Positions 21,510-32,236 are shown, counted from the stretch's first letter. The stretch is 64,000 bases of DNA from Vulcanimicrobiota bacterium (GCA_963695225.1 OY968762.1:2368001-2432000), one strand, 5' to 3'. Translations and numbers: made by a program. The notes: generated from the sequence alone by a model not told the origin.

Positions 21510-22283
21510 TCACTCGGCGAACGGAGGCGTCACGTCATCGTAGACGTGCGCCGAGGCGATCTTGCCGGCTTCGTCACGGGCGTAGATCGCGAGGCCCGCC
21601 TGCGGCGCCAGCGCGTGACTTCCCCAGCGCACGCAGTTGAACTCGAGCGCCGAGCGGACGCCGTCCTCGACGAGCGCGCAATGTTCGAGCACGATCCCGC
21701 CCCCCGCGCCGAAGAAACGGCGATAGAGCGCGAGCAGCGCGTCGTGTCCTCGGTAGGAATAGCTCCCGCCGCTAGGTTCGCGGAAGTAGCCGTCGGGAGC
21801 GAAGGTCGCGACGATCCGCTCCGCGTCGCCGGCGGCGAGCGCCGCGAAGTACTCGCCCACGATATCGGACGCATGCAGATCCGGATCGCCCGGAAGGAGC
21901 GGCGCGCGGATGCGATGCGTCCCCGTCAGCGGGTACGTGCTGTGATAGATGCGCAGCGCGATCCCCCCGCCGGGAGCCGTATCACGCACGACGGCGACCG
22001 GGAGCTCGATCGTGCGGCCGTCGCTCCAAAGTTCGCAGACGAACTCGCCGGCGACGCGACGGACTCCGCCGGTGAGCGCCGCGCCCTTCCAGCGCCGCCG
22101 TTCCGCGGAGGCGCGATCCTCCTCGGCCGCCAGATAGCCGCGCACGGCTTCGCCTCCGCTCACGCGCCCGTGGACGGGATCCTCGATAGTGAGGCGATCC
22201 GCGAGCGCCCCTCGGAGGTCGACGGGCTCGTAATCGAGTCCGCACGTCGATTGGAGCAAACCGAGGAAGTCGTTCGACCACAT
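21510..22283 (-). CDS. SnoaL/NTF2-like protein
   Basis: YFAALAAGDAERIVATFAPDG..REP...G; apparent tandem NTF2-like halves. Confidence 0.75.
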   Translation of the reverse strand: MWSNDFLGLLQSTCGLDYEPVDLRGALADRLTIEDPVHGRVSGGEAVRGYLAAEEDRASAERRRWKGAALTGGVRRVAGEFVCELWSDGRTIELPVAVVRDTAPGGGIALRIYHSTYPLTGTHRIRAPLLPGDPDLHASDIVGEYFAALAAGDAERIVATFAPDGYFREPSGGSYSYRGHDALLALYRRFFGAGGGIVLEHCALVEDGVRSALEFNCVRWGSHALAPQAGLAIYARDEAGKIASAHVYDDVTPPFAE

Positions 22284-22285
22284 CG

Positions 22286-23122
22286 CTAGGGCACAGCCGC
22301 ACCTTCGCCCGCGGCGCTCTCGCCCGGCGGAACGCACGGCGGAACGCACGGCGAGATCACGCTTTCGATCGTCTCGGCGAGGCGGCGTGAGGCGGCGGTC
22401 GCGATATTGAGGACTTCCCCGTGCGCGGGGCCCGCCGCCGCGTTCAACACATTGGTGATCACGCTGATGCCGAGAACCTCGAGGCCGTAGGTGCGGGCGG
22501 CGATCGTCTCGAGCACCGTCGACATCCCGACTGCATCGGCACCGCCGCTGCGCAGCAGCGCGGCTTCGGCGGGCGTTTCGAACGCCGGTCCGCGCAGCCC
22601 CGCGTAAACGCCTTCGCGGAGCCCAAGCACCGCCGACGCTCTCGCGCGAGCGCGCAGGTGCTCGGCGTATGCGCCGTTCATGTCGACGAAGAGCTGCGGA
22701 TCGAGCCGCGGATCGATCGGGCTCGACCCCGTCAGGTTGATCTGATCTGCGATCAACATCAGATCCCCCGGGACGAACTCCGCGTTCAAGGCACCGGCGG
22801 CATTCGTCAGGACGAGCGTCTTGATCCCGAGCTCGGCGGCGAGGCGCACGGGCGCCGTGACGGCGCGTGCGTCGTAGCCTTGGTAGAGATGGACGCGCCC
22901 CGCGAAGATGAGGACGCTGCACGTTCCCCAGCGCCCGGCGAGCGCGTATCCCGGATGCCCGGCGATCGTCGCCGCCGGGAGACCGAGCTTTTCATAGGGG
23001 ATGCGCTTCCCTTCAACGTGCAGCTCGACCGCCGCGGAGAGCCCGCTCCCGAGGACGATCGCGACCGCCGGCGGCTCGTGGCACGTCTTGAGAACGCGAC
23101 GGGCCGCGGCGGATTGCTTCAC
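22286..23122 (-). CDS. punA: Purine-nucleoside phosphorylase (trimeric type)
   Basis: VLGSGL, GRVHLYQG, TNAAG, GPAFETPAE, VGMSTV.E. Confidence 0.92.
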   Translation of the reverse strand: MKQSAAARRVLKTCHEPPAVAIVLGSGLSAAVELHVEGKRIPYEKLGLPAATIAGHPGYALAGRWGTCSVLIFAGRVHLYQGYDARAVTAPVRLAAELGIKTLVLTNAAGALNAEFVPGDLMLIADQINLTGSSPIDPRLDPQLFVDMNGAYAEHLRARARASAVLGLREGVYAGLRGPAFETPAEAALLRSGGADAVGMSTVLETIAARTYGLEVLGISVITNVLNAAAGPAHGEVLNIATAASRRLAETIESVISPCVPPCVPPGESAAGEGAAVP

Positions 23123-24684
23123 GCCGGCAAGCGTCCCGCCTCGACGGGGGCCGCGCTGAGCAGGTTCTGCCCGGTCATCGCGGGCGGCGCCGCAAGACCC
23201 AGCAGCGGCAAGAGCGTCGGGGCGATATCCCCGAGCTTCCCGCCGCGCGCGAGCGTCCCGAGCGGGGTGCGCGAGATCAGGACGAACGGAACGGGATTCG
23301 TCGTGTGCGCGGTCAGCGGGTTGCCCTCCGCGTCCAGCTTGTCCTCGGCGTTGCCGTGGTCGGACGTGATCGCGAGGATCCCGTCCGCCGCGAGGACCGC
23401 AGCTTCGAGTTTCCCGAGTTCCGCATCGAGGATTTCGAGCGCCTCGATCGTCGCGGGCATGTTCCCCGTATGCCCGACCATGTCGGCGTTCGCATAGTTC
23501 ATGACGATCAGATCGTGCTTGCGCGCGCCGATGTCCTCGACCGCCACGTGCGTGATCTGGGGCGCGGCCATCTCCGGCGCGAGGTCGTACGTCGCGACCG
23601 TACGGTTGGAGGGCAGCAGCTTGCGATCTTCCCGGGCGAACACTTCCTCGCGCCCGCCGTTGAAGAAATACGTGACGTGCGCGTACTTCTCGGTCTCCGC
23701 AAGGCGAAGTTGCGAGAGCCCCGCGGCCGCGACGATCTCGCCGAACGTATCCGGCTGCGGGCGCGGTCCGAAGAGCACCGGGTTCGGGAACTCTTCCTCG
23801 TAGCGCGTCATCGTCGCGAAGATCAAGCTCTCGAAGCGGCGCGTCGTGAAATGCGAGAACGTCGCGTCCGAGAAGGCGAGCGTCAATTCGCGTCCTCGGT
23901 CGGGGCGGAAATTGAAGAAGATCACCGCGTCCCCGTCCGCGACGGGGCGCGCCTCGCCGACGAGCGTCGGCACGATGAACTCGTCGTTCTCGCCGCGTTC
24001 GTAGGCGGCCTCGACCGCGGCCCGCGCAGATTCGGCAGAGTATTGCGCTTCGCCGAAAGCGAGCGCGCGATAGGCGCGCTCGACGCGTTCCCAGCGCTTG
24101 TCGCGATCCATCGCGTAGAAGCGGCCCGTCACCGAGGCGATCGAACCGCTCCGCCCGAGCTTTTCGAGATGCGCTTCGAGCGCTTCGACGTACGGGATCA
24201 TCGATTGCGGCGGCACGTCTCGTCCGTCGCCGAACGCGTGCACGCGGAACGGCACGCCGCCCGCGACGGCGGCGTCGGCGAGCGCGTAGAGGTGCTCGAT
24301 CGAACTGTGCACGCAGCCGTCGGAGAGCAGGCCCATGAAGTGCAACGCTCCACCCGTTGCGCGCACGTGCGCGATGCAACGCTGCAAGACGGGATTCGTC
24401 GCGAAGGTGCCGTCGGCGAGCGCGGCGTTGATCACGACGACGCCCTGCGGCACGACGCGCCCGCTCCCCATGTTGATGTGCCCGACTTCGCTGTTCCCCA
24501 TCACGCCCTTCGGCAAGCCGACCGCCTCGCCGCTCGCCTCGAGCAGCGTCCAAGGATACGTGTGAAGCATCCGGTCCCAATTCGGCAAATGCGCCGCGGC
24601 GATCGCGTTCCCGTGCGCCTTCTCGCTGTAGCCCCAACCGTCGAGGATCGCGAGCACGACGGGGCCGCTGCTCGCCCGGCTCAT
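23119..24684 (-). CDS. gpmI: 2,3-bisphosphoglycerate-independent phosphoglycerate mutase
   Basis: LDGWG, GNSEVGH, AETEKYAHVT, NADMVGHTG, SDHGN. Confidence 0.96.
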   Translation of the reverse strand: MSRASSGPVVLAILDGWGYSEKAHGNAIAAAHLPNWDRMLHTYPWTLLEASGEAVGLPKGVMGNSEVGHINMGSGRVVPQGVVVINAALADGTFATNPVLQRCIAHVRATGGALHFMGLLSDGCVHSSIEHLYALADAAVAGGVPFRVHAFGDGRDVPPQSMIPYVEALEAHLEKLGRSGSIASVTGRFYAMDRDKRWERVERAYRALAFGEAQYSAESARAAVEAAYERGENDEFIVPTLVGEARPVADGDAVIFFNFRPDRGRELTLAFSDATFSHFTTRRFESLIFATMTRYEEEFPNPVLFGPRPQPDTFGEIVAAAGLSQLRLAETEKYAHVTYFFNGGREEVFAREDRKLLPSNRTVATYDLAPEMAAPQITHVAVEDIGARKHDLIVMNYANADMVGHTGNMPATIEALEILDAELGKLEAAVLAADGILAITSDHGNAEDKLDAEGNPLTAHTTNPVPFVLISRTPLGTLARGGKLGDIAPTLLPLLGLAAPPAMTGQNLLSAAPVEAGRLPA

Positions 24685-25436
24685 CGGTGCGCGATACCGT
24701 GTGCGGCCGCGAAGATCACGGCGTGGAAGGCGTCGGCGGTCAGGCTCGCGCCGCCGATCAAACCGCCGTCGATGTTCTCCTGCGCCATCAGCGCGCCCGC
24801 GCTGTCGGCCTTCATGCTCCCGCCGTACAGGATTCGCGAACGCTCGAGCCCCTGCACGCTGGTGCGGATCTGGCCCATCGTCGCGTTTGCGTTCTCGGGC
24901 GAATCGACGAGGCCGGTCCCGATCGCCCAGATCGGCTCGTACGCGATGACGCACTGCGCGACTTCCGCCGGCGAGAGCCCGAAGAGCGCGGCGCGCGTCT
25001 GGTGCACGACCTTCGAAATCGTGTACCCGGCCTCGTACTCGTGCGCGGTCTCGCCGACGGCGACGATCGGCGTGATGCCGAAATCGAGCGCCGCGCGGAC
25101 CTTGTGCTTGATCGCGGAATCGGTTTCGCCGTTGTACTGGCGCCGCTCCGAATGCCCGAGGATCACGTACGTCACGCCGAGCTCGCGGAGCATGACGGGG
25201 GAGATCTCACCCGTGTACGCGCCGCTCCTCCCTTCGTGCATCGTCTGCGCGCCGAGCGCGATCTTCGAGCCCCGCACGATCTCCGCGGCGGCTGCGAGCG
25301 CGGTGAACGGCGGGCAAACGGCGACCTCGATCTCGGGCGGCAGGTGCCGCTCCACGAGCGCGCCGAGCAGCTCGCGCGTCTCCGCGATCGTCTTGTTCAT
25401 CTTCCAATTGCCGGCGATGAGGGGGCGGCGGGTCAT
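24681..25436 (-). CDS. tpiA: Triosephosphate isomerase
   Basis: [32 protein letters not shown]. Confidence 0.97.
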   Translation of the reverse strand: MTRRPLIAGNWKMNKTIAETRELLGALVERHLPPEIEVAVCPPFTALAAAAEIVRGSKIALGAQTMHEGRSGAYTGEISPVMLRELGVTYVILGHSERRQYNGETDSAIKHKVRAALDFGITPIVAVGETAHEYEAGYTISKVVHQTRAALFGLSPAEVAQCVIAYEPIWAIGTGLVDSPENANATMGQIRTSVQGLERSRILYGGSMKADSAGALMAQENIDGGLIGGASLTADAFHAVIFAAAHGIAHR

Positions 25437-25437
25437 C

Positions 25438-26640
25438 TCACTTGCTCCGTTCGCGAGCGCTGCGCTCGAGTGCGGCAACGCCCGGGAGCGTCTTGCCTTC
25501 CAAGAATTCGAGGGTCGCGCCGCCTCCGGTCGAGACGTGCGTCATCGCCTCCGCAAAGCCTAGCGCGTGAGCGGCGGCGGCCGCGTCTCCGCCGCCGACG
25601 ACGCTCGTCGCGCCGCCGCGGGTGGCGGCGGCGATCGCCTCGCCGATCGTGCGCGTCCCGTCTTCGTAGGCGGGCTTCTCGTAGACGCCCATCGGCCCGT
25701 TGAAGACGATCGTCTTCGCATCGCGTAGCACGGCGGCGTACGCTTCCGCCGTCGCCGGACCGATGTCGAGGATCATGCGATCGCCGATCGCGTCGAGCGC
25801 GACCGTTTCCGCCTGGTCGTCCGCATCGAACGCCGTCGAGACGACGGCGTCGACGGGGAGGTGCAACGGGATCCCCTTTGCCATGGCGGCTGCGATGATG
25901 TGCGTCGCGGGGCCGAGGTCCGCGTCGCGCAACGACGTCCCGACGTCGATGCCCTGCGCCGCGAGGAACGTGTTCGCCATTCCGCCGCCGATCACGAACG
26001 AACTGACGCGATCGAGCAGGTTCGTGAAGACGCCGACTTTGTCTTTGACCTTCGCGCCGCCGATCGCGCACACGAACGGCTTGACCGGATTGTGAGTCAG
26101 CCGCGCGAGCGCCGAAAGCTCGGCCTCCATCAAGAAACCGGCGGCGGCGGGGAGAAAGCGGGCGATCCCTTCCGTCGAGGCGTGCGCGCGATGGGCGGTC
26201 CCGAACGCGTCGTTCACGTACAGGTCGCCGAGCGACGCGAGTTCCCGCGCGAACGCGGGGTCGTTCGCTTCCTCCTCGCGGTGGAAGCGAACGTTTTCGA
26301 GCAGCACGATATCGCCGTCGGCGAGCGCCGCCGCGGCTTTTTGCGCCGGCTCGCCGATGCAATCTGCGGCGAAGGCGACGGGGAGGCCGAGGCGCTCGGA
26401 GAGCACGCGTGCGACCGGGGCGAGCGAGTATTTCGGATTCGCCGCGCCGTCCGGCCGGCCCAGGTGCGAGAGCACGATCGTGCGCGCGCCGTTCTCGTGC
26501 AGATGGCGCAGCGTCGCAAGGGCGGCGAGGATGCGCGTGGGATCGCCCACGGCGCCGTCTTTCATCGGGACGTTGAGATCTTCGCGCACGACGACGCGCT
26601 TGCCGCGAACGTCGAGATCTTCAAGTGTCAGAAACTGCAT
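25438..26640 (-). CDS. pgk: Phosphoglycerate kinase
   Basis: [37 protein letters not shown]. Confidence 0.97.
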   Translation of the reverse strand: MQFLTLEDLDVRGKRVVVREDLNVPMKDGAVGDPTRILAALATLRHLHENGARTIVLSHLGRPDGAANPKYSLAPVARVLSERLGLPVAFAADCIGEPAQKAAAALADGDIVLLENVRFHREEEANDPAFARELASLGDLYVNDAFGTAHRAHASTEGIARFLPAAAGFLMEAELSALARLTHNPVKPFVCAIGGAKVKDKVGVFTNLLDRVSSFVIGGGMANTFLAAQGIDVGTSLRDADLGPATHIIAAAMAKGIPLHLPVDAVVSTAFDADDQAETVALDAIGDRMILDIGPATAEAYAAVLRDAKTIVFNGPMGVYEKPAYEDGTRTIGEAIAAATRGGATSVVGGGDAAAAAHALGFAEAMTHVSTGGGATLEFLEGKTLPGVAALERSARERSK

Positions 26641-26686
26641 CGGACGAGACTACTCCGTGAACGGCGGTGCGCCGGGGCGTCCGTGG

Positions 26687-26712
26687 TCCCGGGTGCCGCG
26701 AGGCACCCGGGA
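26687..26712. other. Perfect 11-bp hairpin between gap and pgk
   Basis: TCCCGGGTGCC-GCGA-GGCACCCGGGA with no U-tract; possible mRNA stabiliser or weak terminator. Confidence 0.55.
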
Positions 26713-26734
26713 AGCCTCGAAGGCCCGAGCGCGT

Positions 26735-27739
26735 TTAGGCGAGCTTCGAGAGCACGAGCGAGGCCGCGTCCGCGAGGCGGCACGAATAGCCCCATTCGTT
26801 GTCGTACCAGGCGCCGATCTGGATCAAGTCGCCGTTCGCTCCGCTCAGCGGGCCGTCGATGATCGAGCTGTACGGCGATTGCTTGAAGTCGCACGAGACG
26901 AGCGGTGCCTCGTTGAACGCCACGTATTCCTTGAGCGGGCCTTCCGCCGCGGCCTTGAGGACCGCGTTGAGCTCGTCCTTCGTCGTCTCTTTCTTCACTT
27001 GGGCGACGAGATAGACCATCGAAACGGTGGGCGTCGGAACGCGTAGCGCGAACCCGTCGAACGTTCCCTTGATCTCGGGGATCGCTAGATAGAGGGCCTT
27101 CGCGGCACCGGTCGAGGTCGGGATGATGTTCGTCGCCGCGTTGCGGGCGCGCCGCAGATCCTTGTGCGGCGCGTCGAGGACGTTCTGGTCGTTCGTGTAG
27201 GAGTGGATCGTCGACATGAAGCCCTTACGCCAGCCGAATGCGTCGACGATCGGCTTCACGGCGGTCGCCAGGCAGTTCGTCGTGCAGGACGCATTCGAGA
27301 TCACGTGGTGCTTCTCGGGATCGTACGAGCCATCGTTGACGCCGAGGACGATCGTGATGTCCTCTCCCGAGGCGGGCGCCGAGATCAGAACCTTTTTCGC
27401 GCCGCCGCCGTCGATGTGCGCGCGCGCTTTCGCGGCGTTCGTGAAGAGGCCGGTCGATTCGATCACGAGACCGACGCCGAGATCCTTCCAGGGGATCTTC
27501 GCGGGATCGCGTTCGGCGAGCACCTTGATGGTCTGGTCCCCGACGGTCAACGTGTTCGCGGTGTGCGCGACCGTGCCGGCGTACGTGCCGTAGTTCGAGT
27601 CGTACTTGAAGAGGTGCGCGCTCTCGGCGGCACTCGTGAGATCGTTGACCGCCGCGATCTCGATCTGCGGGTAGCGGTCGAGGAGACACTTCGTGAAGTT
27701 GCGGCCGATTCGACCGAACCCGTTGATCCCGATGCGCAT
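26735..27739 (-). CDS. gap: Glyceraldehyde-3-phosphate dehydrogenase type I
   Basis: INGFGRIGR, SNASCTTNCL, RVPTP, WYDNEWGYS. Confidence 0.97.
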   Translation of the reverse strand: MRIGINGFGRIGRNFTKCLLDRYPQIEIAAVNDLTSAAESAHLFKYDSNYGTYAGTVAHTANTLTVGDQTIKVLAERDPAKIPWKDLGVGLVIESTGLFTNAAKARAHIDGGGAKKVLISAPASGEDITIVLGVNDGSYDPEKHHVISNASCTTNCLATAVKPIVDAFGWRKGFMSTIHSYTNDQNVLDAPHKDLRRARNAATNIIPTSTGAAKALYLAIPEIKGTFDGFALRVPTPTVSMVYLVAQVKKETTKDELNAVLKAAAEGPLKEYVAFNEAPLVSCDFKQSPYSSIIDGPLSGANGDLIQIGAWYDNEWGYSCRLADAASLVLSKLA

Positions 27740-27779
27740 GCAAAGAATTCCCATTGGACGGAGGGGTAACGGCTTCTCG

Positions 27780-28685
27780 TTACCCGCCGCCGTCGCCGGC
27801 TCCCTTGTGCAAACCGGCAGAGGAGATGTCCGCTTGCGCGGCGCCGAAACGCGCGGCCAGCCGCAGGACCGCGGCGATCCGCCCGTTGACCGTCGCCTTG
27901 TCCGCCGGGGGGCGGCACCGGCGGCCGAGCTCGGCGAGCGTTTCGCTCGGATGGGCGAGCCGCAGTTCGGCGACCTCGCGCTGCGCCGGCGTAAGCCTGT
28001 GGAGGCCGTGGGTCTCGGCGAGCAGCGAGATCTGCTCTCGTTGGCGCGCGGCGGCCGCCGCGGCCCGCTCGACGTTCGCTGCTTCCGTGTTCACCAGGCG
28101 GCGGATGCGGTTCTTCGTTTCCTTGAACGCGCGGACGTCTTCCAAGTAGAGGACCGCCGCGTACGCGCCGATCGACGTGAGGACCTCGACGATCTCGTCG
28201 ATGTCCTTGAAGTAGACCAGCGGCCGGCCGCCGCGCATCGCGAGTTTGGGATGGCGGCCGTCGGCGCGCAGCAGCGCGGCGAGCCGTTCGGCGCGGGCGG
28301 GGTCCGGCGGGTAGTACTCCAGGTGGTAGCCGTGCGCGGGCGTCGAGACGGAACCGCAGGCGAGGAACGCTGCGCGGATCTCCATGCGCCGGTCGCAACG
28401 CCGCGTCGGGCGCCGGGGCGGGCCGGCTGCGGGGACCGGGAGTTCGTACACGCGAGCCTTCGCAAGGCGCGCCGCGTGTCCCGTGACGATCGGTTGCCGC
28501 TCCCGTTCGTCGAGGAGCGTGCGCAGCAGGCGCGCCACGGCTAGGCGTTGGGTGCGGAACGTTCGCCCGTCGGGCGTCGCGCCGTAGAGGAGAAGCCCGT
28601 CGCGGAGCGCGGCGCGGCAGTGCTCGGCCGCCGGAGAGTCGTGCGCGAGGGCGTCTTTGGCGTCGGCGGAGAGCGTCGAAGGCAT
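27780..28685 (-). CDS. whiA: DNA-binding protein WhiA
   Basis: AFLACGSVS.P...YHLE, R.VNTEAAN, C-terminal HTH (LAELG...KATVNGR). Confidence 0.92.
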   Translation of the reverse strand: MPSTLSADAKDALAHDSPAAEHCRAALRDGLLLYGATPDGRTFRTQRLAVARLLRTLLDERERQPIVTGHAARLAKARVYELPVPAAGPPRRPTRRCDRRMEIRAAFLACGSVSTPAHGYHLEYYPPDPARAERLAALLRADGRHPKLAMRGGRPLVYFKDIDEIVEVLTSIGAYAAVLYLEDVRAFKETKNRIRRLVNTEAANVERAAAAAARQREQISLLAETHGLHRLTPAQREVAELRLAHPSETLAELGRRCRPPADKATVNGRIAAVLRLAARFGAAQADISSAGLHKGAGDGGG

Positions 28686-28692
28686 CGAGACG

Positions 28693-29289
28693 TCAGTAGC
28701 GGATCCGGATCTCGCAGCGCGCCGCGCCGGCGGCCTGGCACGCGCTCTCGGTCGCACGCGCCTCCGGGTGGACGAGGACGCGATAGAGCCGCTCGAACGT
28801 TCCGGCGTAGTAGTCGCAGACCGTCGATGCGGCGGAGATGCCCCGGCAGAGCGGGCAGCCTGCGAAGGAGACGATCGCGGGCCGGCCGTCGCAGATCTCG
28901 ACGGTGCTCGTGCCGGCGAACGTCCACGTGTGCCCGCGGATCGAGGCGAGGAGGCCGCGGCTCGCGAGCGGGGCGGGCAGCAGCTTGAGAACCGTTTGAG
29001 CCGGGCGCGGAACGCGGTGTGCCAACAGATAGTCCGCCGTGCGCACGCCGGAATCGCGCGCGAGCGCCCGCGCGGAAAAGTCGCCGAGCTCGCGGTACAT
29101 CGTCGCGAAGAGCGACGTCACCTCGGTCTCGGCGACCATTTCATGCGGAAGCTCTCGCTCGTACCGTTCGAGGCCTGCGGCGCGCAGGAGGGCTACGGTG
29201 CCTGGTTCCCCCACGCGCGCGCGCAAGGCCTCGATGGTACGGATGATGGCGTTGGGGCCGATGCGCCCCTCCGCCGCCACGGGGGTCAT
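28693..29289 (-). CDS. bchJ: BchJ-like V4R domain protein
   Basis: RIGPNAI N-terminal motif, TADYLLAHRVP, HTWTFAG, CPLC...C..Y...FERLY...E..C.A.G...C. Confidence 0.85.
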   Translation of the reverse strand: MTPVAAEGRIGPNAIIRTIEALRARVGEPGTVALLRAAGLERYERELPHEMVAETEVTSLFATMYRELGDFSARALARDSGVRTADYLLAHRVPRPAQTVLKLLPAPLASRGLLASIRGHTWTFAGTSTVEICDGRPAIVSFAGCPLCRGISAASTVCDYYAGTFERLYRVLVHPEARATESACQAAGAARCEIRIRY

Positions 29290-30473
29290 GCCGGGACCGG
29301 CACGGCTCCCGAGATCTCTTCGTCGGTCAGGTAGCAGGCCGGATCCGCTTCCCACGGATCGCCGGTCGCGGCGAGCGCGCGGACGCGGAAGTTGCCGCCG
29401 CAGAGGTTCATGAACTTGCACTCCCGGCAGCGACCCTTGATCAGCGGGAGGCGGTTGCGCAATCCGGCGAGCAGCTCGTTCGTCGGGTCGCTCCAGATCT
29501 GGCTGAACGGGCGCTCCTTGACGTTGCCGAGGTTCGCGCTCTGCCAGAACTGATCGGGGTGGACGTACCCTTGCGGATCGATGTCGCCGATGCCGACGCC
29601 CGAGGAGTTCGCGGCGCCGCCGTTCCAGGCGATCGTCTTGTACGCGAGTTCCGCAGCCTCGGTGTTCCCCTCTTCGAGGAGCGTCAGGTAGAGGTACGGG
29701 CCGTCGGCGTGATTGTCGACGGTCAGGATTTCGCGCGGATCGCCTTTCGCGACGAACTCGCGCGTCCGGCGAAAGATCGTGTCGAGCGCCTTGCGGCTGT
29801 CTTCGAGCGTGAGGTCGTCGGCGGTGCGTCCGCGTCCGGCCGAGACGAGGTGGTAGAAGCAGGCCCGTTGCACGCCTTCGCGATCGATGAAATCGAAGAT
29901 CTGCTCGAGATCGCGGGCGGTCTCCGGCGTGAGCGTCAAGCGCAGGCCGACCTTCTGCCCCACCGCACGGCAGTTGCGAATGCCGCGCACCGCGCGTTCG
30001 AACGCGCCGACTTTGCCGCGGAACTTGTCGTTCGTCTCGCCGATGCCGTCGAGCGAGATGCCGACGTAGGTGAAACCGAGATCGCGGATGCGCTGCGCGG
30101 TCGGGAGATCGAGCAGCGTGCCGTTCGTCGAGAGCGTGAACTTGATCCCGAGCGACCGGCCGTAGGCGGCGAGGTCGAGCGTGTCCTTGCGGGCGAGGGG
30201 CTCTCCGCCGGAGAGCAGCACGGCGGGAACGCCGAACGCGGCGAGATCTTCCAAGAGCGCGCGCCCCTGTTCGTGCGTCAGCTCGTTTTCGTACGATTTC
30301 GCGGCGGAATCGCTGTAGCAGTGCCGGCACGCGAGGTTGCACGTGCGCGTGACGTTCCACACGACGACAGGGCGGCGCTCGGACGCCGACTTCGGTGCGC
30401 CGGCGCCGTGGCCGTAGCGCAGGTGGTCCATCGGCTGGTCGAGGCCGCAAAGCAGTTTGGTAACGTTGATCAC
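29286..30473 (-). CDS. ahbC: Radical SAM/SPASM protein, AhbC/NirJ1-like
   Basis: LRYG...RPVVVWNVTRTCNLACRHCY, LTVDNHADG, G.VHPDQFW, C..C...CGGNFRVRA...DPACY. Confidence 0.85.
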   Translation of the reverse strand: MINVTKLLCGLDQPMDHLRYGHGAGAPKSASERRPVVVWNVTRTCNLACRHCYSDSAAKSYENELTHEQGRALLEDLAAFGVPAVLLSGGEPLARKDTLDLAAYGRSLGIKFTLSTNGTLLDLPTAQRIRDLGFTYVGISLDGIGETNDKFRGKVGAFERAVRGIRNCRAVGQKVGLRLTLTPETARDLEQIFDFIDREGVQRACFYHLVSAGRGRTADDLTLEDSRKALDTIFRRTREFVAKGDPREILTVDNHADGPYLYLTLLEEGNTEAAELAYKTIAWNGGAANSSGVGIGDIDPQGYVHPDQFWQSANLGNVKERPFSQIWSDPTNELLAGLRNRLPLIKGRCRECKFMNLCGGNFRVRALAATGDPWEADPACYLTDEEISGAVPVPA

Positions 30474-31549
30474 GTGAGGGCTCCTTGCGCAAGCGCGGTG
30501 TAAGCGGACGGAATGTACGAACAGCAGGGTTCGGATGCGAACGGGTCGCCGGTGAAGCCGTAGGCGCGGGCCCGCGACCCCCCGCAGAGCCCGTTGTAAT
30601 CGCAGACGCCGCACTTTCCGCTGAACGTGCCTGCGTCTCGCAGGCGCTGCATGATCGGATCGTTGCGGTAGACGTCGATGAGGCTGCTCGTGCGGACGTT
30701 GCCGACGGTGAAGGGCAGGAAGCCGCTCGGCTCGATCTCGCCGAGGTGCGAGATGAAGACGAAGCCACGGCCGTCCCCGATCGCCGGGAAGCGCAGCGTC
30801 GGATTCGCTTTCTTCGGTTGCTGATCGGGCGGCAGCATCGCGAGCTGTTGGAGGACGAATCGGCGGTAATGCGGCGCTTCGGTCGTCTTGACGTCGAACG
30901 GCGCCGTGAGCCAGACCTTGAACAATTCGCCGAAGGCAAGCTCGTGCTCGGCCGCGCTCAGGACGTCGGCTTGTTGCGCGCGTCCCGTCGGAACCAGGAA
31001 GAACGCGCTCCACATGCGCGCGCCGAGATCGGGCATCAGGGCCGCCATCTCCGGGATGCGCGTGTGGTTGTGCTTGCCGATCGTCGTGTTCACCTGAAGC
31101 TCGAGCCCGATCGCCATGGCGTCGTGCGCCGCGTTGACCGTGCGCAAGAACGCGCCCTTGACGCCGCGGAAGGCGTCGTGCGTCTCGGCATCCGGCCCGT
31201 CGATCGAGAGCGAGATGCGGCGGCATCCCGCAGCGTGCAGCTTCTCGAGCGCCGCGCGCGTGAGGCGGCCGGTCCCGCTCGGGGAGACGGCCATGCGTAG
31301 ACCGCGCTGCGTCCCGTATTCGACGATCTCGAAGATGTCGGGGCGCATCAGCGGGTCGCCGCCCGTCAGGATGAAGATCGGCTCGCCGCAGGCGACGACG
31401 TCGTCGACGAGCTTCTTGGCCTCTTCGGTCGTCAGCTCATCGGGGTTCCGGTGCGGGATCGCCTCCGCACGGCAGTGTTTGCAGGCGAGCGCACACGCTC
31501 GGGTGGTTTCCCAAATGACGATCCGGGGCCCGTCATCGTACATACGCAT
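30470..31549 (-). CDS. ahbD: Radical SAM/SPASM protein, AhbD-like heme synthase
   Basis: IWETTRACALACKHCRA, FLVPTGRA, KTTEAPHYRR, CGVC....CGGSRARAY. Confidence 0.72.
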   Translation of the reverse strand: MRMYDDGPRIVIWETTRACALACKHCRAEAIPHRNPDELTTEEAKKLVDDVVACGEPIFILTGGDPLMRPDIFEIVEYGTQRGLRMAVSPSGTGRLTRAALEKLHAAGCRRISLSIDGPDAETHDAFRGVKGAFLRTVNAAHDAMAIGLELQVNTTIGKHNHTRIPEMAALMPDLGARMWSAFFLVPTGRAQQADVLSAAEHELAFGELFKVWLTAPFDVKTTEAPHYRRFVLQQLAMLPPDQQPKKANPTLRFPAIGDGRGFVFISHLGEIEPSGFLPFTVGNVRTSSLIDVYRNDPIMQRLRDAGTFSGKCGVCDYNGLCGGSRARAYGFTGDPFASEPCCSYIPSAYTALAQGALT

Positions 31550-31651
31550 GGGCCGAGGGTACCGTGAGGCTGGTACGCCCTGACGAAGGGAAGGCGCCGG
31601 GGCGTACTTACCTCGTTCACGCCGTCTTCACGTTCTTCACGAGATCGGCGG

Positions 31652-32236
31652 CTAGTCGTCGCCCGCGAGGATGCCGTAGATCTCCCGCCTGGCGCGGTCG
31701 ATCACGGCGAGGATGCGCTCCCGCGTGGCGGGATCGCCGTGGTGCAGCCCTTGGCGCATCGCTGCGACGAAGGCCATCGCGGCGGAGCGAACCGTCCGCC
31801 GGCCGGCCGCGTCGCCGATTTCATCGCCGTCCTCGGGGTCCGCGGGGTCGTCCGGGCTCACGCGCTCTTCGAGGAGCCCGCGGCCGGCCTGGGTGATCGT
31901 GTAGACCCGCTTTCCGTCGACCGTCTCGCCGGTCAGAAAGCCGCCCTCTTCGAGCATTTGCAACGTCGGGTAGACCGAACCGGGGCTGGGCCGGTAGCGG
32001 CCGCCGTGCCGTTCCGCGAGGCGCTGGATGATCTCGTAGCCATGCATCGGGCCTTCGGCGAGCGTCTCGAGCAACAAGAACTTGATGTCGCCGCGTCGCG
32101 CGCGCCATTCGTTCCCCCAGCCCGGCATCCCGGCGCCGCCGCCCCACTCCTCCCGGCCCCGGCCGCCCCAGCCGTGCCGTCCTCGTCTGCCCATGCAGCC
32201 GTGCTCCCTTTCTCGTTCTTGGAACATGGTGAACAT
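31652..32236 (-). CDS. PadR family regulator (YqjI-like)
   Basis: RRGDIKFLLLETL...HGYEII...YRPSPGSVYPTLQML...KRVYTIT. Confidence 0.92.
   Translation of the reverse strand: MFTMFQEREREHGCMGRRGRHGWGGRGREEWGGGAGMPGWGNEWRARRGDIKFLLLETLAEGPMHGYEIIQRLAERHGGRYRPSPGSVYPTLQMLEEGGFLTGETVDGKRVYTITQAGRGLLEERVSPDDPADPEDGDEIGDAAGRRTVRSAAMAFVAAMRQGLHHGDPATRERILAVIDRARREIYGILAGDD

Noticed and set aside
22325..22353. 12-nt tandem duplication at the 3' end of punA (PCVPPCVPP)
   Set aside because: In-frame slippage in a non-conserved tail; no evidence of function.
31565..31645. Hairpin and three TTCACG repeats upstream of the ahbD-like gene
   Set aside because: Irregular spacing and no recognisable riboswitch or operator consensus; too weak to call.
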